From: an uncultured delta proteobacterium
GTDB taxonomy: Bacteria > Desulfobacterota > Desulfomonilia > Desulfomonilales > Desulfomonilaceae
Direction: 5' to 3'
Assembly (NCBI GenBank): GCA_963789265.1
Contig: CAWBKB010000007.1
Span: forward strand, 352,001-416,000
DNA length: 64,000 nt
In this document: positions 44,137 through 54,228 of the stretch, one piece after another
How the letters are laid out: each line of letters opens with the position of its first letter
Numbering within the stretch: position 1 is the stretch's first letter
Notes under the pieces: model-generated
The model's input: only the letters and a program-made list of their open reading frames with translations
What the model was told of the DNA's origin: nothing
The model's database searches: none
Position numbers and translations under genes: made by a program

Positions 44137-44937
44137 TCAATTGGACAGCTTACCCGCGTTGTAGGCTTTGATATACTCCAAACAAAACCTGTCCTTGTTA
44201 ACTAGTGCCTCGGATGCGTAAATGAGTGCCATGAGTTGATTGTCCAGCGGATCGGCAATCACGGCATCGAGACCGTGGGCCATGCTCATAACCGCAAAGG
44301 CTCGGTTCAAGTGACGGCGTTCGGGAAGGCCGAACGACACGTTACTCAATCCGCTTACGAAGTGGAGACCCGGAAGTCTGTGTGACAGCTCGCGCATCAC
44401 TTCCAGCGTCTGGATCACTGTTTCCGAGCTTGTTGCCAGAGTCCGGACCAGGGGATCCAGGTAAATGTCGTCCAGAAGAATTCCATCCTTTACCAAACGG
44501 CCCACCAGAGATTCGCCGACTTCGATCGCCAATTCTTCGGACGATGGCAAGCCCCTGTCATCATTGCACAACGCAATGACTCGTGCATTGTACTGCTTGA
44601 CCAGAGGCAAGACGCTGCTGTATCGGTCAGCTTCCCCGCTGATCGAGTTGATCATGGGTCTTCCTATATGTGCGGCAAGACCCGCGGCCAGGGCCTCCGA
44701 GTTCGCACTGTCGATGCACAAAGGCAGATCGGACACCTCCTGGACGGTCTTAACGAGCCACCTCATGGTCTCAGGCTCTTCCGTTGCCGGGACTGTTCCG
44801 CAGTTGACGTCCAAGGCGTGCGCGCCCGCGGCCTCCTGGGCTTTAGCCACGTCTTGAATATGTGTTGCATCTCTCTCTTTTACAGCAGTCTTTATGCTCT
44901 TGCGCGTTGCATTTATTTTCTCACCAATAACAAACAT
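44137..44937 (-). CDS. Methyl-corrinoid:tetrahydrofolate methyltransferase (AcsE/pterin-binding family)
   Basis: IGEKIN, LDVN, LCIDS, INSI, DPLV, GLSNVSFGLP.R. Confidence 0.9.
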   Translation of the reverse strand: MFVIGEKINATRKSIKTAVKERDATHIQDVAKAQEAAGAHALDVNCGTVPATEEPETMRWLVKTVQEVSDLPLCIDSANSEALAAGLAAHIGRPMINSISGEADRYSSVLPLVKQYNARVIALCNDDRGLPSSEELAIEVGESLVGRLVKDGILLDDIYLDPLVRTLATSSETVIQTLEVMRELSHRLPGLHFVSGLSNVSFGLPERRHLNRAFAVMSMAHGLDAVIADPLDNQLMALIYASEALVNKDRFCLEYIKAYNAGKLSN

Positions 44938-44963
44938 CTTCTTTCCGAGGATCAAAGGTGGAA

Positions 44964-45590
44964 TTAGGAATAAATCTCTTTACACAAATTCACGCCTACT
45001 ATGGCATCCTTTGCATAATAGTCGGCCCCGGCATATTCGCGCACCTGCTCATTGACCGGGGTTCCGCCAACGATAACTTTGACTTGATCCCGCAAACCCG
45101 CCGCGGCGACAGCGTCCACCACCTCCTTCATCGCGGGATAGGTGAAGTTCAAAAGCGCGCTCATTCCCAGGACTTTTGCTCCAGACTCTTTCACAGATTG
45201 AACAAATTTCTCGGCCGAGACATCCACTCCCAGATCGATGACGTCAAAACCTGCTCCTTTCAGCAGCGTGACGACGATATTCTTGCCTATATCGTGGATG
45301 TCTCCCTTCACCGTTCCGATGACAACTTTCCCGCCGGCGGCCTGTTCCGTTTGAATACCGGCCAGCAGCGGATCGAGTTTCTTCATGACCTGCTTCAGGA
45401 TTTCCGCTGAAAAAATGAGCTGGCTTATGAAGTACTTTCCCTCGGAGAAAAGTTCGCCGACCCGAATCATCCCGGCATTGCATTCTTGTACAATGTTGAG
45501 TGGGCCTGCCCCTTCATTGATCTTCCGATCGACAAGGTCGTACACCTTTTTTTCGTCGAGACCGGCCAGTGCCTGAGCAAGATCTCCCAT
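44964..45590 (-). CDS. Corrinoid (B12-binding) protein
   Basis: GTVKGDIHDIGKNIV (DxHxxG), DLGVDV, MSAL, VGG. Confidence 0.93.
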   Translation of the reverse strand: MGDLAQALAGLDEKKVYDLVDRKINEGAGPLNIVQECNAGMIRVGELFSEGKYFISQLIFSAEILKQVMKKLDPLLAGIQTEQAAGGKVVIGTVKGDIHDIGKNIVVTLLKGAGFDVIDLGVDVSAEKFVQSVKESGAKVLGMSALLNFTYPAMKEVVDAVAAAGLRDQVKVIVGGTPVNEQVREYAGADYYAKDAIVGVNLCKEIYS

Positions 45591-45607
45591 TGCAGTCGCC
45601 TCCTGTC

Positions 45608-46975
45608 CTAAAGTGTCCATTGCCAAATAAACGTGTGGGCCATGGCCTCGAGTTGCTCCCAGTTCTTCTTGATAAGGTTTTCGTCCCCCGAAATCTGCCC
45701 AAGCTCCGCCTTCTTGACTTCCCAGGGGGTCAGAACCTTGCGCGGCTTCAAGGCTTCCGCTTTGGTTGTGGTCGGAGCCGGCTTTGGCTTGGCTTTGATC
45801 GCCTTGTTATGCCATCCATAGTCCATAACCGTGTCAATCATGGCTCTGAAGTTCTCGGGCTTGGTGTCGTACGGAAAGTTACATCCCGCGCTGATGATGT
45901 ATCCGCCACCTTTGCCGGCCCGCTCGCACAATTCTCGTACATGTGCTCTGACCCGATCTGGCGTGCCAAGAATCAGCATTGAGTCCTGAACTCCTCCTGC
46001 CACGCACTGGTAACCCTCCAGGTCTTTCTTCGCTTGGAAAATATCTCCCTGAGTATCGATGTCGCAGAGCACCCTTCCCTTAGGCATCTCTCGCATGTGG
46101 TGCCAGTGATTCCTCCAATCGCCTTCGAGGTATGCTCTGATGCTGTAACCGGAGTCGATGATGATTTCCATTACCTTCTTGAACGAAGGCCAATAAAACG
46201 TGTCAAATTGATCTGGAGACATAAAAATTGCTTTGTGAGTCGGGATAAATATCGGGTAGCGTTTCAGCGGATCACCCAGCGAAAGGGCCAAGTGGGCCAT
46301 TTCCTGCACGAGGACATCACAGGCAGCCAAAACTTTCTCCGGCCGGCGGAACATGTCCAGAAAAGTGGCGGTCATACCCCTCATTGCATCGGCAAGAGCG
46401 TCGAAAGGCGCCAGGAAGAATCCGGCCATTGGTTGGGGCATCCCGCATTTTTGCTCTAGGACCATCCCGCGATTCCTCATTATCCCGCCCATCATCATCT
46501 GAGCGAAACCTGCTTTGAGCATCGCAACGTACGAGCGGCCTGTCCCTCGATTTGCCAATTCGCCCAGAATTCGAGGCAATAGGATGTCGATCATGAAGCC
46601 CGTAGGATCGTTGATCAGATCGTCATACTCATCTTCCTTCATGTAATCCTTTTCGACGAACTGGAACTGCGTGTCGGGCGAAAGCTCCCTGCCCGGAAGT
46701 TTGTATGTCTTTACATCCAATGCATCATAAAGGGGTCCATAGATCCGGTTGTCCCTTAATACGTCAACTTCCGGAAAGTCTTGGGAGAACTTGATTTCCG
46801 CCTGAAGCCATTTTTCCGGATCGTCGATTGTCTCTTGCTTGGTGTTTCCCGAATAGACTTCCGCAAAATAATTGCTGCCCGTGGCAATGGGAATGCGGTC
46901 GTGGGGCTCCAGCGATATTGCCGCATGATAACGGCCCAGTCTTTCCTCAAAAAGTTGCCTCAATTCCTCGGGCAT
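45608..46975 (-). CDS. Uroporphyrinogen-decarboxylase-family substrate:corrinoid methyltransferase (MT1-like)
   Basis: DRIP, F.S..QFDTFYWP, GGYIISAGC, KPEN..AM; operonic with the corrinoid protein and AcsE-like gene. Confidence 0.82.
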   Translation of the reverse strand: MPEELRQLFEERLGRYHAAISLEPHDRIPIATGSNYFAEVYSGNTKQETIDDPEKWLQAEIKFSQDFPEVDVLRDNRIYGPLYDALDVKTYKLPGRELSPDTQFQFVEKDYMKEDEYDDLINDPTGFMIDILLPRILGELANRGTGRSYVAMLKAGFAQMMMGGIMRNRGMVLEQKCGMPQPMAGFFLAPFDALADAMRGMTATFLDMFRRPEKVLAACDVLVQEMAHLALSLGDPLKRYPIFIPTHKAIFMSPDQFDTFYWPSFKKVMEIIIDSGYSIRAYLEGDWRNHWHHMREMPKGRVLCDIDTQGDIFQAKKDLEGYQCVAGGVQDSMLILGTPDRVRAHVRELCERAGKGGGYIISAGCNFPYDTKPENFRAMIDTVMDYGWHNKAIKAKPKPAPTTTKAEALKPRKVLTPWEVKKAELGQISGDENLIKKNWEQLEAMAHTFIWQWTL

Positions 46976-47017
46976 GTCGACCTCCACCATAGTGTTACAC
47001 TTTGTCAGCCGAGGATT

Positions 47018-47064
47018 GTAGGGGCGACCGGTGGTCGCCCTGGGCGAATGCCATTCGCCCCTAC
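47018..47064. repeat. GTAG-type REP doublet
   Basis: GTAGGGGCGACCGGTGGTCGCCC-TGGGCGAATGCCATTCGCCCCTAC; near-identical copy at 60890-60936. Confidence 0.8.
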
Positions 47065-47213
47065 AACATCCCGCTAGTAAAAGGACATCGTTTATGGCAA
47101 TTACTCTAATTGGAAATTCGCGAACTTCCCGTCGACAATGGATGGGGCGGATTATTGCGCGTTAAGTAAACTCCGCCCCATGACAATCAGCCGCGACCGG
47201 TTATCACCAATTA

Positions 47214-47696
47214 TCAGTAAATGCCGGGATAAGGCGGGGTCTCAAGGTCTTTCCAGCTTTTCCCCAGTGTCTTTTCGAAAAAGGACCCGAGGCGCTCGAA
47301 AAGCTTGGACCAGTGGGTTCGCCCCTGTTCAAGTTCTCCCAGAATTTCGGCCACGATTTCGGGCAACCTGTGCAACTCCTCTTTGGGCAAAAAGGAAACG
47401 GCGCCCTCTCTGATAGCTCGATTCACACTCTCCACGCTGATCGCTTTGGAGGTAAGCATCGCGGCAGGCAAATGTTGCTCACGGCAAGCTTCAAGCAATT
47501 TAAAGCCGTTCACGCCCATAATGTCCAGGATCACAAGATCGAAGACGTTTTCCCTGATCAGTTCGAGACCGCCATCGAAGTCCTGCGCAGTCATTACAAG
47601 AGAAGCGGGGAATCCTTCCTTGATGACTTCGAGCACATCGGGCTCGTCATCCACTGCCAGGAACTTCCTGCCATCCAAAATGCTTTCATCGAACAT
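47214..47696 (-). CDS. Response regulator receiver protein
   Basis: AVDDEPD, ILDIMG, MLT, FLPK. Confidence 0.85.
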   Translation of the reverse strand: MFDESILDGRKFLAVDDEPDVLEVIKEGFPASLVMTAQDFDGGLELIRENVFDLVILDIMGVNGFKLLEACREQHLPAAMLTSKAISVESVNRAIREGAVSFLPKEELHRLPEIVAEILGELEQGRTHWSKLFERLGSFFEKTLGKSWKDLETPPYPGIY

Positions 47697-47823
47697 AACA
47701 TTTGCTCCTTCGGCACAAACTCTTCTCGACGAAAATGGATTTGAACGATATCAGCCGCTTACGATAAAGAAGTAGATTTGTCGCCAGCCCCCCGGCAAAG
47801 ACCCGAGCCTATACATAAGAAAT

Positions 47824-49020
47824 TTATGCTCTTGTTTTCGTTGGGTCCACCGGCAACATCAGCAAAATTCCTATGATCGGCCCTGCTGCCAAGATCCACC
47901 ATACCGAGGAAAAAGACCCGGTATAATCGATTGTCCAGCCAAGGATGAACGGGCCAATCATTGACGCCAGTTGGAATATGACATTGGTTGTGCCGTTCGC
48001 TGTGGCAGCCCATTCTTTTCCGGCGAAGGCCGATATGAGAACCGTTAACTGCGGATTGGCACTAAATGCAAAGAATCCTGTCAAAAAACCGAGAGCCACG
48101 AGCATTGACATCGAATGCTGGTACCCGAAAATTATCGTGGCAGGGGCCGCCAACAGGTACGCAAAAATAATTAACCACTTGCGTTGGCCGGTCCAATCAG
48201 AAACGAACCCTGAAATCAAAGGAGCGATGACACCGCCGATCCCGTAAAACGTCATGACCAGACCTGCCTGAGCGATTGAAAAGCCCAGCTTTTTAATGTA
48301 CATGTTAGCCCACGTCACAGTCCCCAGTTCCAACCACATCAGACAAAAGCCGGCAAGCGCTGTCAAAATTAACCCTTGGCTCGCGGCTATCACCTTGAAT
48401 CCACCGAACAAGGTTTTGGTTCCGGCCTTGACCGTCCCGGTTGATCGCATCATGACCAAAACCAATATGCCCGCGGTTATTGTAAGTAAACCAACGGATT
48501 TGAATGCTCCGTGCCAGCCCACCAGCGCGTTGAGCGGGGGGATAAACAGATTTGTTAGCAGGATGCCCCCGGACGGCGCAGCAAGAAAAACCCCGAAAGC
48601 AATTCCCCGTTCCCGGGCGGGGAACCATTCCATAATGGCCAAGGAACAGGAGGAAAATACCGCGCCTGCTCCTAGGCCCGAGATAATTCTGAGAATAAAC
48701 CCCGTGTCGTACGTGGTGATGAACCCGAACGCGCATGTCGATAAACCTTCCAGCAAAAGGCTCGCGCCTAAAATAAACCTGACCCCGAACCGGTCAGCCA
48801 GTACGCCCGCCGGGATCTGCGTTATCACATAGCCAATGTAAAACGCGCTCATGTAGGCCCCGGCCTGGCTCATACTTATCTTCAAGACAGGGACTACTAC
48901 AGGGATAAGAGGCGGCCACGTGAACCTTGTTATGAACGTGAATAAGAAACAGGCTGCTACGAGTGCCAAAATCACCCACCGGTACGGGGCGAACTGAGCT
49001 TCTTCATGCCAGCTATCCAT
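47824..49020 (-). CDS. MFS transporter
   Basis: About 12 TM; GVLADRFG motif A. Confidence 0.92.
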   Translation of the reverse strand: MDSWHEEAQFAPYRWVILALVAACFLFTFITRFTWPPLIPVVVPVLKISMSQAGAYMSAFYIGYVITQIPAGVLADRFGVRFILGASLLLEGLSTCAFGFITTYDTGFILRIISGLGAGAVFSSCSLAIMEWFPARERGIAFGVFLAAPSGGILLTNLFIPPLNALVGWHGAFKSVGLLTITAGILVLVMMRSTGTVKAGTKTLFGGFKVIAASQGLILTALAGFCLMWLELGTVTWANMYIKKLGFSIAQAGLVMTFYGIGGVIAPLISGFVSDWTGQRKWLIIFAYLLAAPATIIFGYQHSMSMLVALGFLTGFFAFSANPQLTVLISAFAGKEWAATANGTTNVIFQLASMIGPFILGWTIDYTGSFSSVWWILAAGPIIGILLMLPVDPTKTRA

Positions 49021-49178
49021 TGTCGGACCTCCTCTACCTTCGACCGCAGCAGATTTTTTGCCGGAAATAGAACCCAGGGTAACGTCTCCACAACAGCTTT
49101 GTCATGATCCCATTTTGGAAGATTTTGATTGACCTTTTTTGTGCAGGAAACAGATCTTGGTATTCGGTCGCGGATCCC

Positions 49179-49379
49179 CTATGCCTCGTTGATCTCGACG
49201 AGATCCGATGTCCCGAATCTCATTACATACGTGGTGGCGAGCAAGGTTCGGGCATTCCTTGCTATGGAAGGCACTGATCCAGCGAGAGCTTCTATTTCCT
49301 GCGCCAACTCTTCGATCTTTTCAACCCTGGAACTGACTTCTTTCAACAGTTTCTCGTCGGGAAATTCCATCCGATTCAC
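49179..49379 (-). CDS. Small hypothetical protein
   Basis: GTG start overlaps the ligase stop; GGAGG RBS. Confidence 0.6.
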   Translation of the reverse strand: MNRMEFPDEKLLKEVSSRVEKIEELAQEIEALAGSVPSIARNARTLLATTYVMRFGTSDLVEINEA

Positions 49380-50705
49380 CTCTCTGCCTCCTTTCTGAGG
49401 TCAACATACCTCTTTGCCTTGAGCGTATGTCGCGGTAACTCGCCAGGAGATACCGGATCGATTACGAATCGCAAATTGGTCTTTGTCTTCAACCTGTGGA
49501 AGAGGTTTTGACAGAGGCCCTTGACCTCGTCCTGACCCAACTGCTCCTGCGGTTCCACTTTCAAGCTAATTTCATCCATTATCCCGTTATTATTAACGAA
49601 AATCATGTACTCCGTAATTTCGGGAAATTCAGCCCTAACCACTTCCTCTACTGTAACAGGGCTGAAGAGCACTCCCCGAATTTTGGTCAGATGGTCGATC
49701 CTCCCGGAAACCTCATGAATCATTGCCGAGGTTCGGCCGCACGGACAATCATCCTTCCCCTTCCTGACTATATCCTTCGTATTGAATCTGATCAACGGAA
49801 AAGACCGTCTCCCCAGAGGCGTGACTACAGCAACACCCAGTTCCCCTTCTTCAACTTCAGTGCTCTGATTCTCCATGTCGAGAATTTCGACAAGGAAGAA
49901 GGGTTCCATGAGATGTAAGCCCTTGCGTTCAGAGCACATTCCTGCCCAGGCACAAGGTTCCGTGCCGCCGATGTGATCGTAAACTTCAGCACCCCAAGCC
50001 GCTTCCAATCGTTTTCGTGTCGCCTGAGGGAGCGGTTCGCCGGCACACATCATTCTTTCGATTCCGAGGTCTCGAGGATTCAAGCCCATTTTTTGCGCCT
50101 CTTCCGCCATGTGGAGACCGTAACTTGGAGTATTCAATAGCGCTGTCGCCCGGACCTCACGAATCTTGCTTATCCTTGCACGAGTATCGAGTGCACCGCC
50201 CGGGATGACGGTGCAGCCGACCTTTTCGGCAGCGTAGTGCCCTTCCCAAAACGCGACGTAGCACGTTGTACCCGAAAGGGATGAAGACGCGGTCCGTCGG
50301 CCTGAAACCGGCCATCCAAAGAATCTGGCACCATACCTCAACTCGCCATTGCCAACTTTCCACGCTTTCAGGCACATACACGGGCTTGCCGGTCGTGCCG
50401 GAAGTCTGGCGAAAAATCGAGACCGCTTCGTCGGGGACGCCGGCAATAGTGCCGAATGGAAACGGCTTCGTCTCATCCTGAGATTTTCTGAGGTCGTCCT
50501 TGTCTATGAGGGGAAGCTTTCGCACGTCATTCAGGGTCACGATGTCTTCGGGCTCTATATCGCGATAAGTCTCGCGATAAAACTCACTGTTGAGCTTGAC
50601 ATACGAAATAAGCCGTCTCAGGCGCTTGAGTTGAAGGCGGTGGATCTCGTCTCTGGACAAGGTCTCCACATACGGATTCCAGTAGTTGCCGATTTGGTTT
50701 GCCAT
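49376..50705 (-). CDS. Phenylacetate-CoA-ligase-family aryl-CoA ligase (+1 frameshift at 50261)
   Basis: QTSGTTGKP, AGEP, GGTE, RFNTKD, GRID, KAKR. Confidence 0.88.
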
Positions 50706-51032
50706 TCCGCTTCTCCTTGTTAACGTCCTATCCGATCTTTAGATCGTAGAGTGGAGGTTCCTTCCTGAAGGTCACAATCCCGAAAACGATTTGGTGGCGA
50801 CGGGCATCTTGCCCGTTATTCCCAATAGACAGGCTGGAAGCCTGTCCCACCAATCCAAATTAGGTGACAACCTGCATTGCCTATGACGACTATTCTTTCC
50901 GGAACCACTATAACTCGCCATTCGTTGGATTCTCTGTTCTCGGATCACGCATATTTATCGCAGAGATTTTCCGGGTAGTTCGACCTTGGAGACCTCGATC
51001 TATGACCGATTTGTGAATTTAGTTTGCAAAGG

Positions 51033-51809
51033 TTATCCGGGCGAGAGAAGCGTATTAATCTTAGCAGCGACCTCTTTGAGCAATTCTGAAATCGTGGAGA
51101 GCTTCTCGTCGGATGCCTGAGCCTTCAAACCTGCCGCCCATATAGCTGCGTGCAGGTTCCTGGCTTGGGTATTGATCGGAACCGAGAGCGCCACGATTCC
51201 CTCAATATACTCTTCCAGGTCGTATGCTACGCCTTCCTGTTGCACATCCAAAATGCCCTTCTTAAAGACCTCTGCATCCACAATGCTGTTACGGGTGAAT
51301 TGCTTCAGACCATTTTCGGCGAGAATTCCGTCAAGTGAAGAGTCGGGAAGAAGTGATAAGAGAGCCTTGCCCCCGGCTCCGGCAACAAGGGGCAACTGCA
51401 TGCCCACTTCAGAACTTATTTTGATATCGACTGCGGCATCTACCTTGTCGATTATCACTGCCTTCGGTCCGACCCGGACACCCAGGAAAGTCGAGAAGCC
51501 GGAGGCTGTGCTGATTTCCTCTAAAAAAGGATGGACCACGCTAATCAGTTCTGCTCGGGAGCTTGCCACTCTTCCCAGGACATGCAGGCGCGGACCGAAG
51601 GTCAAGTGGCCGTCGCTGCTGTTCTCGAGCACGTGGAGGTCGAGCAGGGTGTGAACGATATTAAAGACAGTGCTTTTATTCAGGCCAAGTCTTTTTGAGA
51701 TTTCGCTTATGCCAAAGGGTTCTTTTGATCTTGCCATAAGTTCAAGAATGTCGAAGCATTTATCGACAGCAGGCACCCTTTTGAAGCGAGAAGCGGCTGG
51801 GCTTTTCAT
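51033..51809 (-). CDS. IclR-family transcriptional regulator
   Basis: VPAVDK..ILE...EIS..LGL.KSTV; GAGGKALL; A.D.EEY..G. Confidence 0.93.
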   Translation of the reverse strand: MKSPAASRFKRVPAVDKCFDILELMARSKEPFGISEISKRLGLNKSTVFNIVHTLLDLHVLENSSDGHLTFGPRLHVLGRVASSRAELISVVHPFLEEISTASGFSTFLGVRVGPKAVIIDKVDAAVDIKISSEVGMQLPLVAGAGGKALLSLLPDSSLDGILAENGLKQFTRNSIVDAEVFKKGILDVQQEGVAYDLEEYIEGIVALSVPINTQARNLHAAIWAAGLKAQASDEKLSTISELLKEVAAKINTLLSPG

Positions 51810-51812
51810 GTG

Positions 51813-51868
51813 GTTCTCCTGGGAGAACAATTATTATCCATAGTGAACAGCCGGCAAAATAATGTCAA
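51813..51868 (-). promoter_or_regulatory. iclR promoter with two putative IclR operators
   Basis: TTGACA-N17-CACTAT; GTTCACTATGGATAAT and the palindrome GTTCTCCCAGGAGAAC. Confidence 0.6.
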
Positions 51869-51909
51869 GTAAAAAAATCGTGGTCCGGGAAGCCGTCAGT
51901 TACGCAAGA

Positions 51910-52730
51910 GTTGTTATTGCGAGAAGCAAAGCTACCGAACAATCGGCGCCTTCATGCAGCAATCGTCATTCCGGGGCACGCGGTCCCGCGTTCGCGGGAC
52001 AGTAGGACCGGCATCTTGCCGGTCGTCAGTCAGACCGGCCTCAGCTTGCGTAGGATGCGGTGAGCCTCGCCAACGCGAGGGAACCGCATCGGTCGCGGCT
52101 CGGTCATTGAGGGACTCCTCGGCGAGATTTTTCGCGACCGATGCGGTTCATCCCCCGTGCCGCGGGATTCACCACATCCTACACACTCCTCGCAATGACA
52201 GGAAAACGGCATTTGTCCCGCGAAATTAGACTCACTGATACGGATTTTTTTCCCTTGACATAGCGCGAGGTCCTGTTCAAAATAGAGACTAATAGTTTCC
52301 CATAGAGAACACAGGCAGATGCCAACGTGCCTAAAACCGCTCTCAAACAGAGTCCAATGACGAAACAAGAGTTCGCAATCGTGAAACTTTTGCCGTTCAG
52401 AAACCCAGTTGGTAGAACGGCCCAGGCAAATGACAGGCAGGATGCCTGTCCCACCATCACATCCGTCCACTTTACCGGTGGGACAAGCATCCTGCCTGTC
52501 ATTGCGAGCGCAGCGAAGCAATCTTTCTTCTCGTTCCCGGGCTCTGCCTGGGAACGCCTGCCTTCGAGGCTCTGCCTCACCTATGATAATGAAATAAAGC
52601 CAGTTTGCGGGCAGAACCCGCGAGATCTGGATTCCCAGGCGGAGCTTGGGAACCAGAAACCCTAAATCTTCTTGCTGGGACAGGCTTACAGCCTGTCTAT
52701 TAGGAATGACAGGCAAGATGCCTGTCCCAC
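51910..52730. repeat. Mosaic cluster of several palindromic repeat families
   Basis: GTAGGACCGGC.., GTAGGATGCGG.., GTGGGACAGGC.., GTCATTGCGAG.. and CTCGTTCCC..GGGAAC units. Confidence 0.8.
52255..52310 (+). promoter_or_regulatory. hcr promoter with two putative IclR operators
   Basis: TTGACA-N17-CAAAAT; GTTCAAAATAGAGACT and GTTTCCCATAGAGAAC. Confidence 0.6.
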
Positions 52731-52778
52731 TGGCAATGGAGCACCATAGATAATCCATCAAGCAAAAGGAGGGAGACT

Positions 52779-53753
52779 GTGAGGTTACCAAAATTCGAAT
52801 ACCGGCGCCCTGAAAGCATACAAGAGGCCTCGGCTATCTTGCTTGAGCAACCCTCAGCCAAGGTGCTGGCAGGCGGAACCGATCTTTTGGTCAACATGAA
52901 ATACAAGGTCGAGACGCCCGCCACAGTCGTAAGCCTCCAGAGTTTGCGCGACCTCGATTATGTCCGGAAGACAAACAGCAGCGTGAAGATCGGCGCGCTC
53001 ACCCCTCTTAAGAAGGTCTACAACGATCCCTTCGTAGCCGAGAAACTACCGGCCCTCGCTACGGCCGCTTCTTCGGTAGGATCGTATCACCATCAAACTA
53101 TGGGCACCATTGGCGGAAACCTGTGCCAGCAGACCAGGTGCAAGTACTTCAATCAATCCAAGTGGTGGCGGAGTTCCAGGGAGATTTGTTTCAAAGCCGG
53201 CGGAGAGATGTGCCACGTAGCCAAGAAGCAGCTAGTCTGCTACTCGACCTACTGCGGTGACGTAGCCCCTGCTCTGCTGGTGCTGAGCGCGGAAGTCATC
53301 TTGTCAGGAAAGAGCGGCTCAAGACAGGTCCCCTTGGAAGATATCTATTCGGGACAAGGGAAAACCCCGCTGAAGCTGGAACCCGGAGAGATCCTCACCG
53401 AGATTGTCATCCCCGTGCAGGCCGCAGAAGGATTTTCCACTTACAAAAAATTCGCCAATAGAGGCAGCATTGATTTCCCGATAGTGGGCGCGGCTTTCTG
53501 GACCTCAAGCAAAACTAAAGAATCGAGGGTGGCTCTCACCGCTGTCGATCGCAAGCCTCTTAGAGCGCGGCAGTTTGAAGATTTCATGAAAGATAAGCAA
53601 CCGGGTGACGAAGTCATCAACGCGGTAGACGGGCTGATAGCCAAAGAAACTAGACTGATGGCATCATCTATTGATTCCCTTTCGCTCAAAAGGAAACTTA
53701 TGGGCCTGTTGGTCAAAAGCGCCATCACCGAGGCCATGGGAGGTTCAAAGTGA
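52779..53753 (+). CDS. hcrB: 4-hydroxybenzoyl-CoA reductase-like beta subunit (FAD plus extra [4Fe-4S] insert)
   Basis: AGGTDL, GTIGGNLCQ, and the HcrB-type insert RC.YFNQS.WWR....C.K..G..CHV......CY. Confidence 0.85.
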   Translation: MRLPKFEYRRPESIQEASAILLEQPSAKVLAGGTDLLVNMKYKVETPATVVSLQSLRDLDYVRKTNSSVKIGALTPLKKVYNDPFVAEKLPALATAASSVGSYHHQTMGTIGGNLCQQTRCKYFNQSKWWRSSREICFKAGGEMCHVAKKQLVCYSTYCGDVAPALLVLSAEVILSGKSGSRQVPLEDIYSGQGKTPLKLEPGEILTEIVIPVQAAEGFSTYKKFANRGSIDFPIVGAAFWTSSKTKESRVALTAVDRKPLRARQFEDFMKDKQPGDEVINAVDGLIAKETRLMASSIDSLSLKRKLMGLLVKSAITEAMGGSK

Positions 53754-54222
53754 AGCAAGGTATCGCCTTGAAGGTTAACGGGGACGTGTACCGAGGTCCT
53801 TATTTCTCCGAACCAGACTCTTCTCGAGGTCCTTCGGGACAAGCTGGGGCTCATGGGGACAAAGAGAGGTTGCGATCTAGGTGCCTGTGGTGCGTGTACA
53901 GGTACTGATAAACGGCGAAGCCTATCTATCGTGCCTCCTGCTGGCAATGGACGCGCAGGACAAGGAGATCGTCACCATCGAGGGCCTGAGTGGAAACGGT
54001 GAACTCCATCCGCTGCAGAAATCATTTGTCGAAGTTGGGGGTTTGCAGTGCGGCTTTTGCACACCGGGCATGATTATGACCGCCAAGGCCGTACTGGATG
54101 AGGACCCCAACCCCACCGAGGAAAGCATCAAGAAGAAGATGGCGGGCAATCTCTGTCGGTGTACCGGGTACAAGAAGATTGTGGAAGCGGTCATGGCCGT
54201 ACCCGGCGAAAAGGAGGTGTAG
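53750..54222 (+). CDS. hcrC: [2Fe-2S] gamma subunit (two +1 frameshifts)
   Basis: GTKRGCDLGACGACT, QCGFCTPG, GNLCRCTGY. Confidence 0.85.
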
Positions 54223-54228
54223 AAACAG

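Noticed and set aside
46991..47213. Cobalamin riboswitch upstream of the corrinoid operon
   Set aside because: No B12-box seen; only a REP doublet and an ATGGGGCGGA/TCCGCCCCAT inverted repeat.
52030..52791. ORFs in repeat-rich intergenic regions (also 56669..57256, 58018..58221, 60680..61195)
   Set aside because: Composed of translated REP sequence (GTGILPV, GQASCLS); no evidence of coding function.
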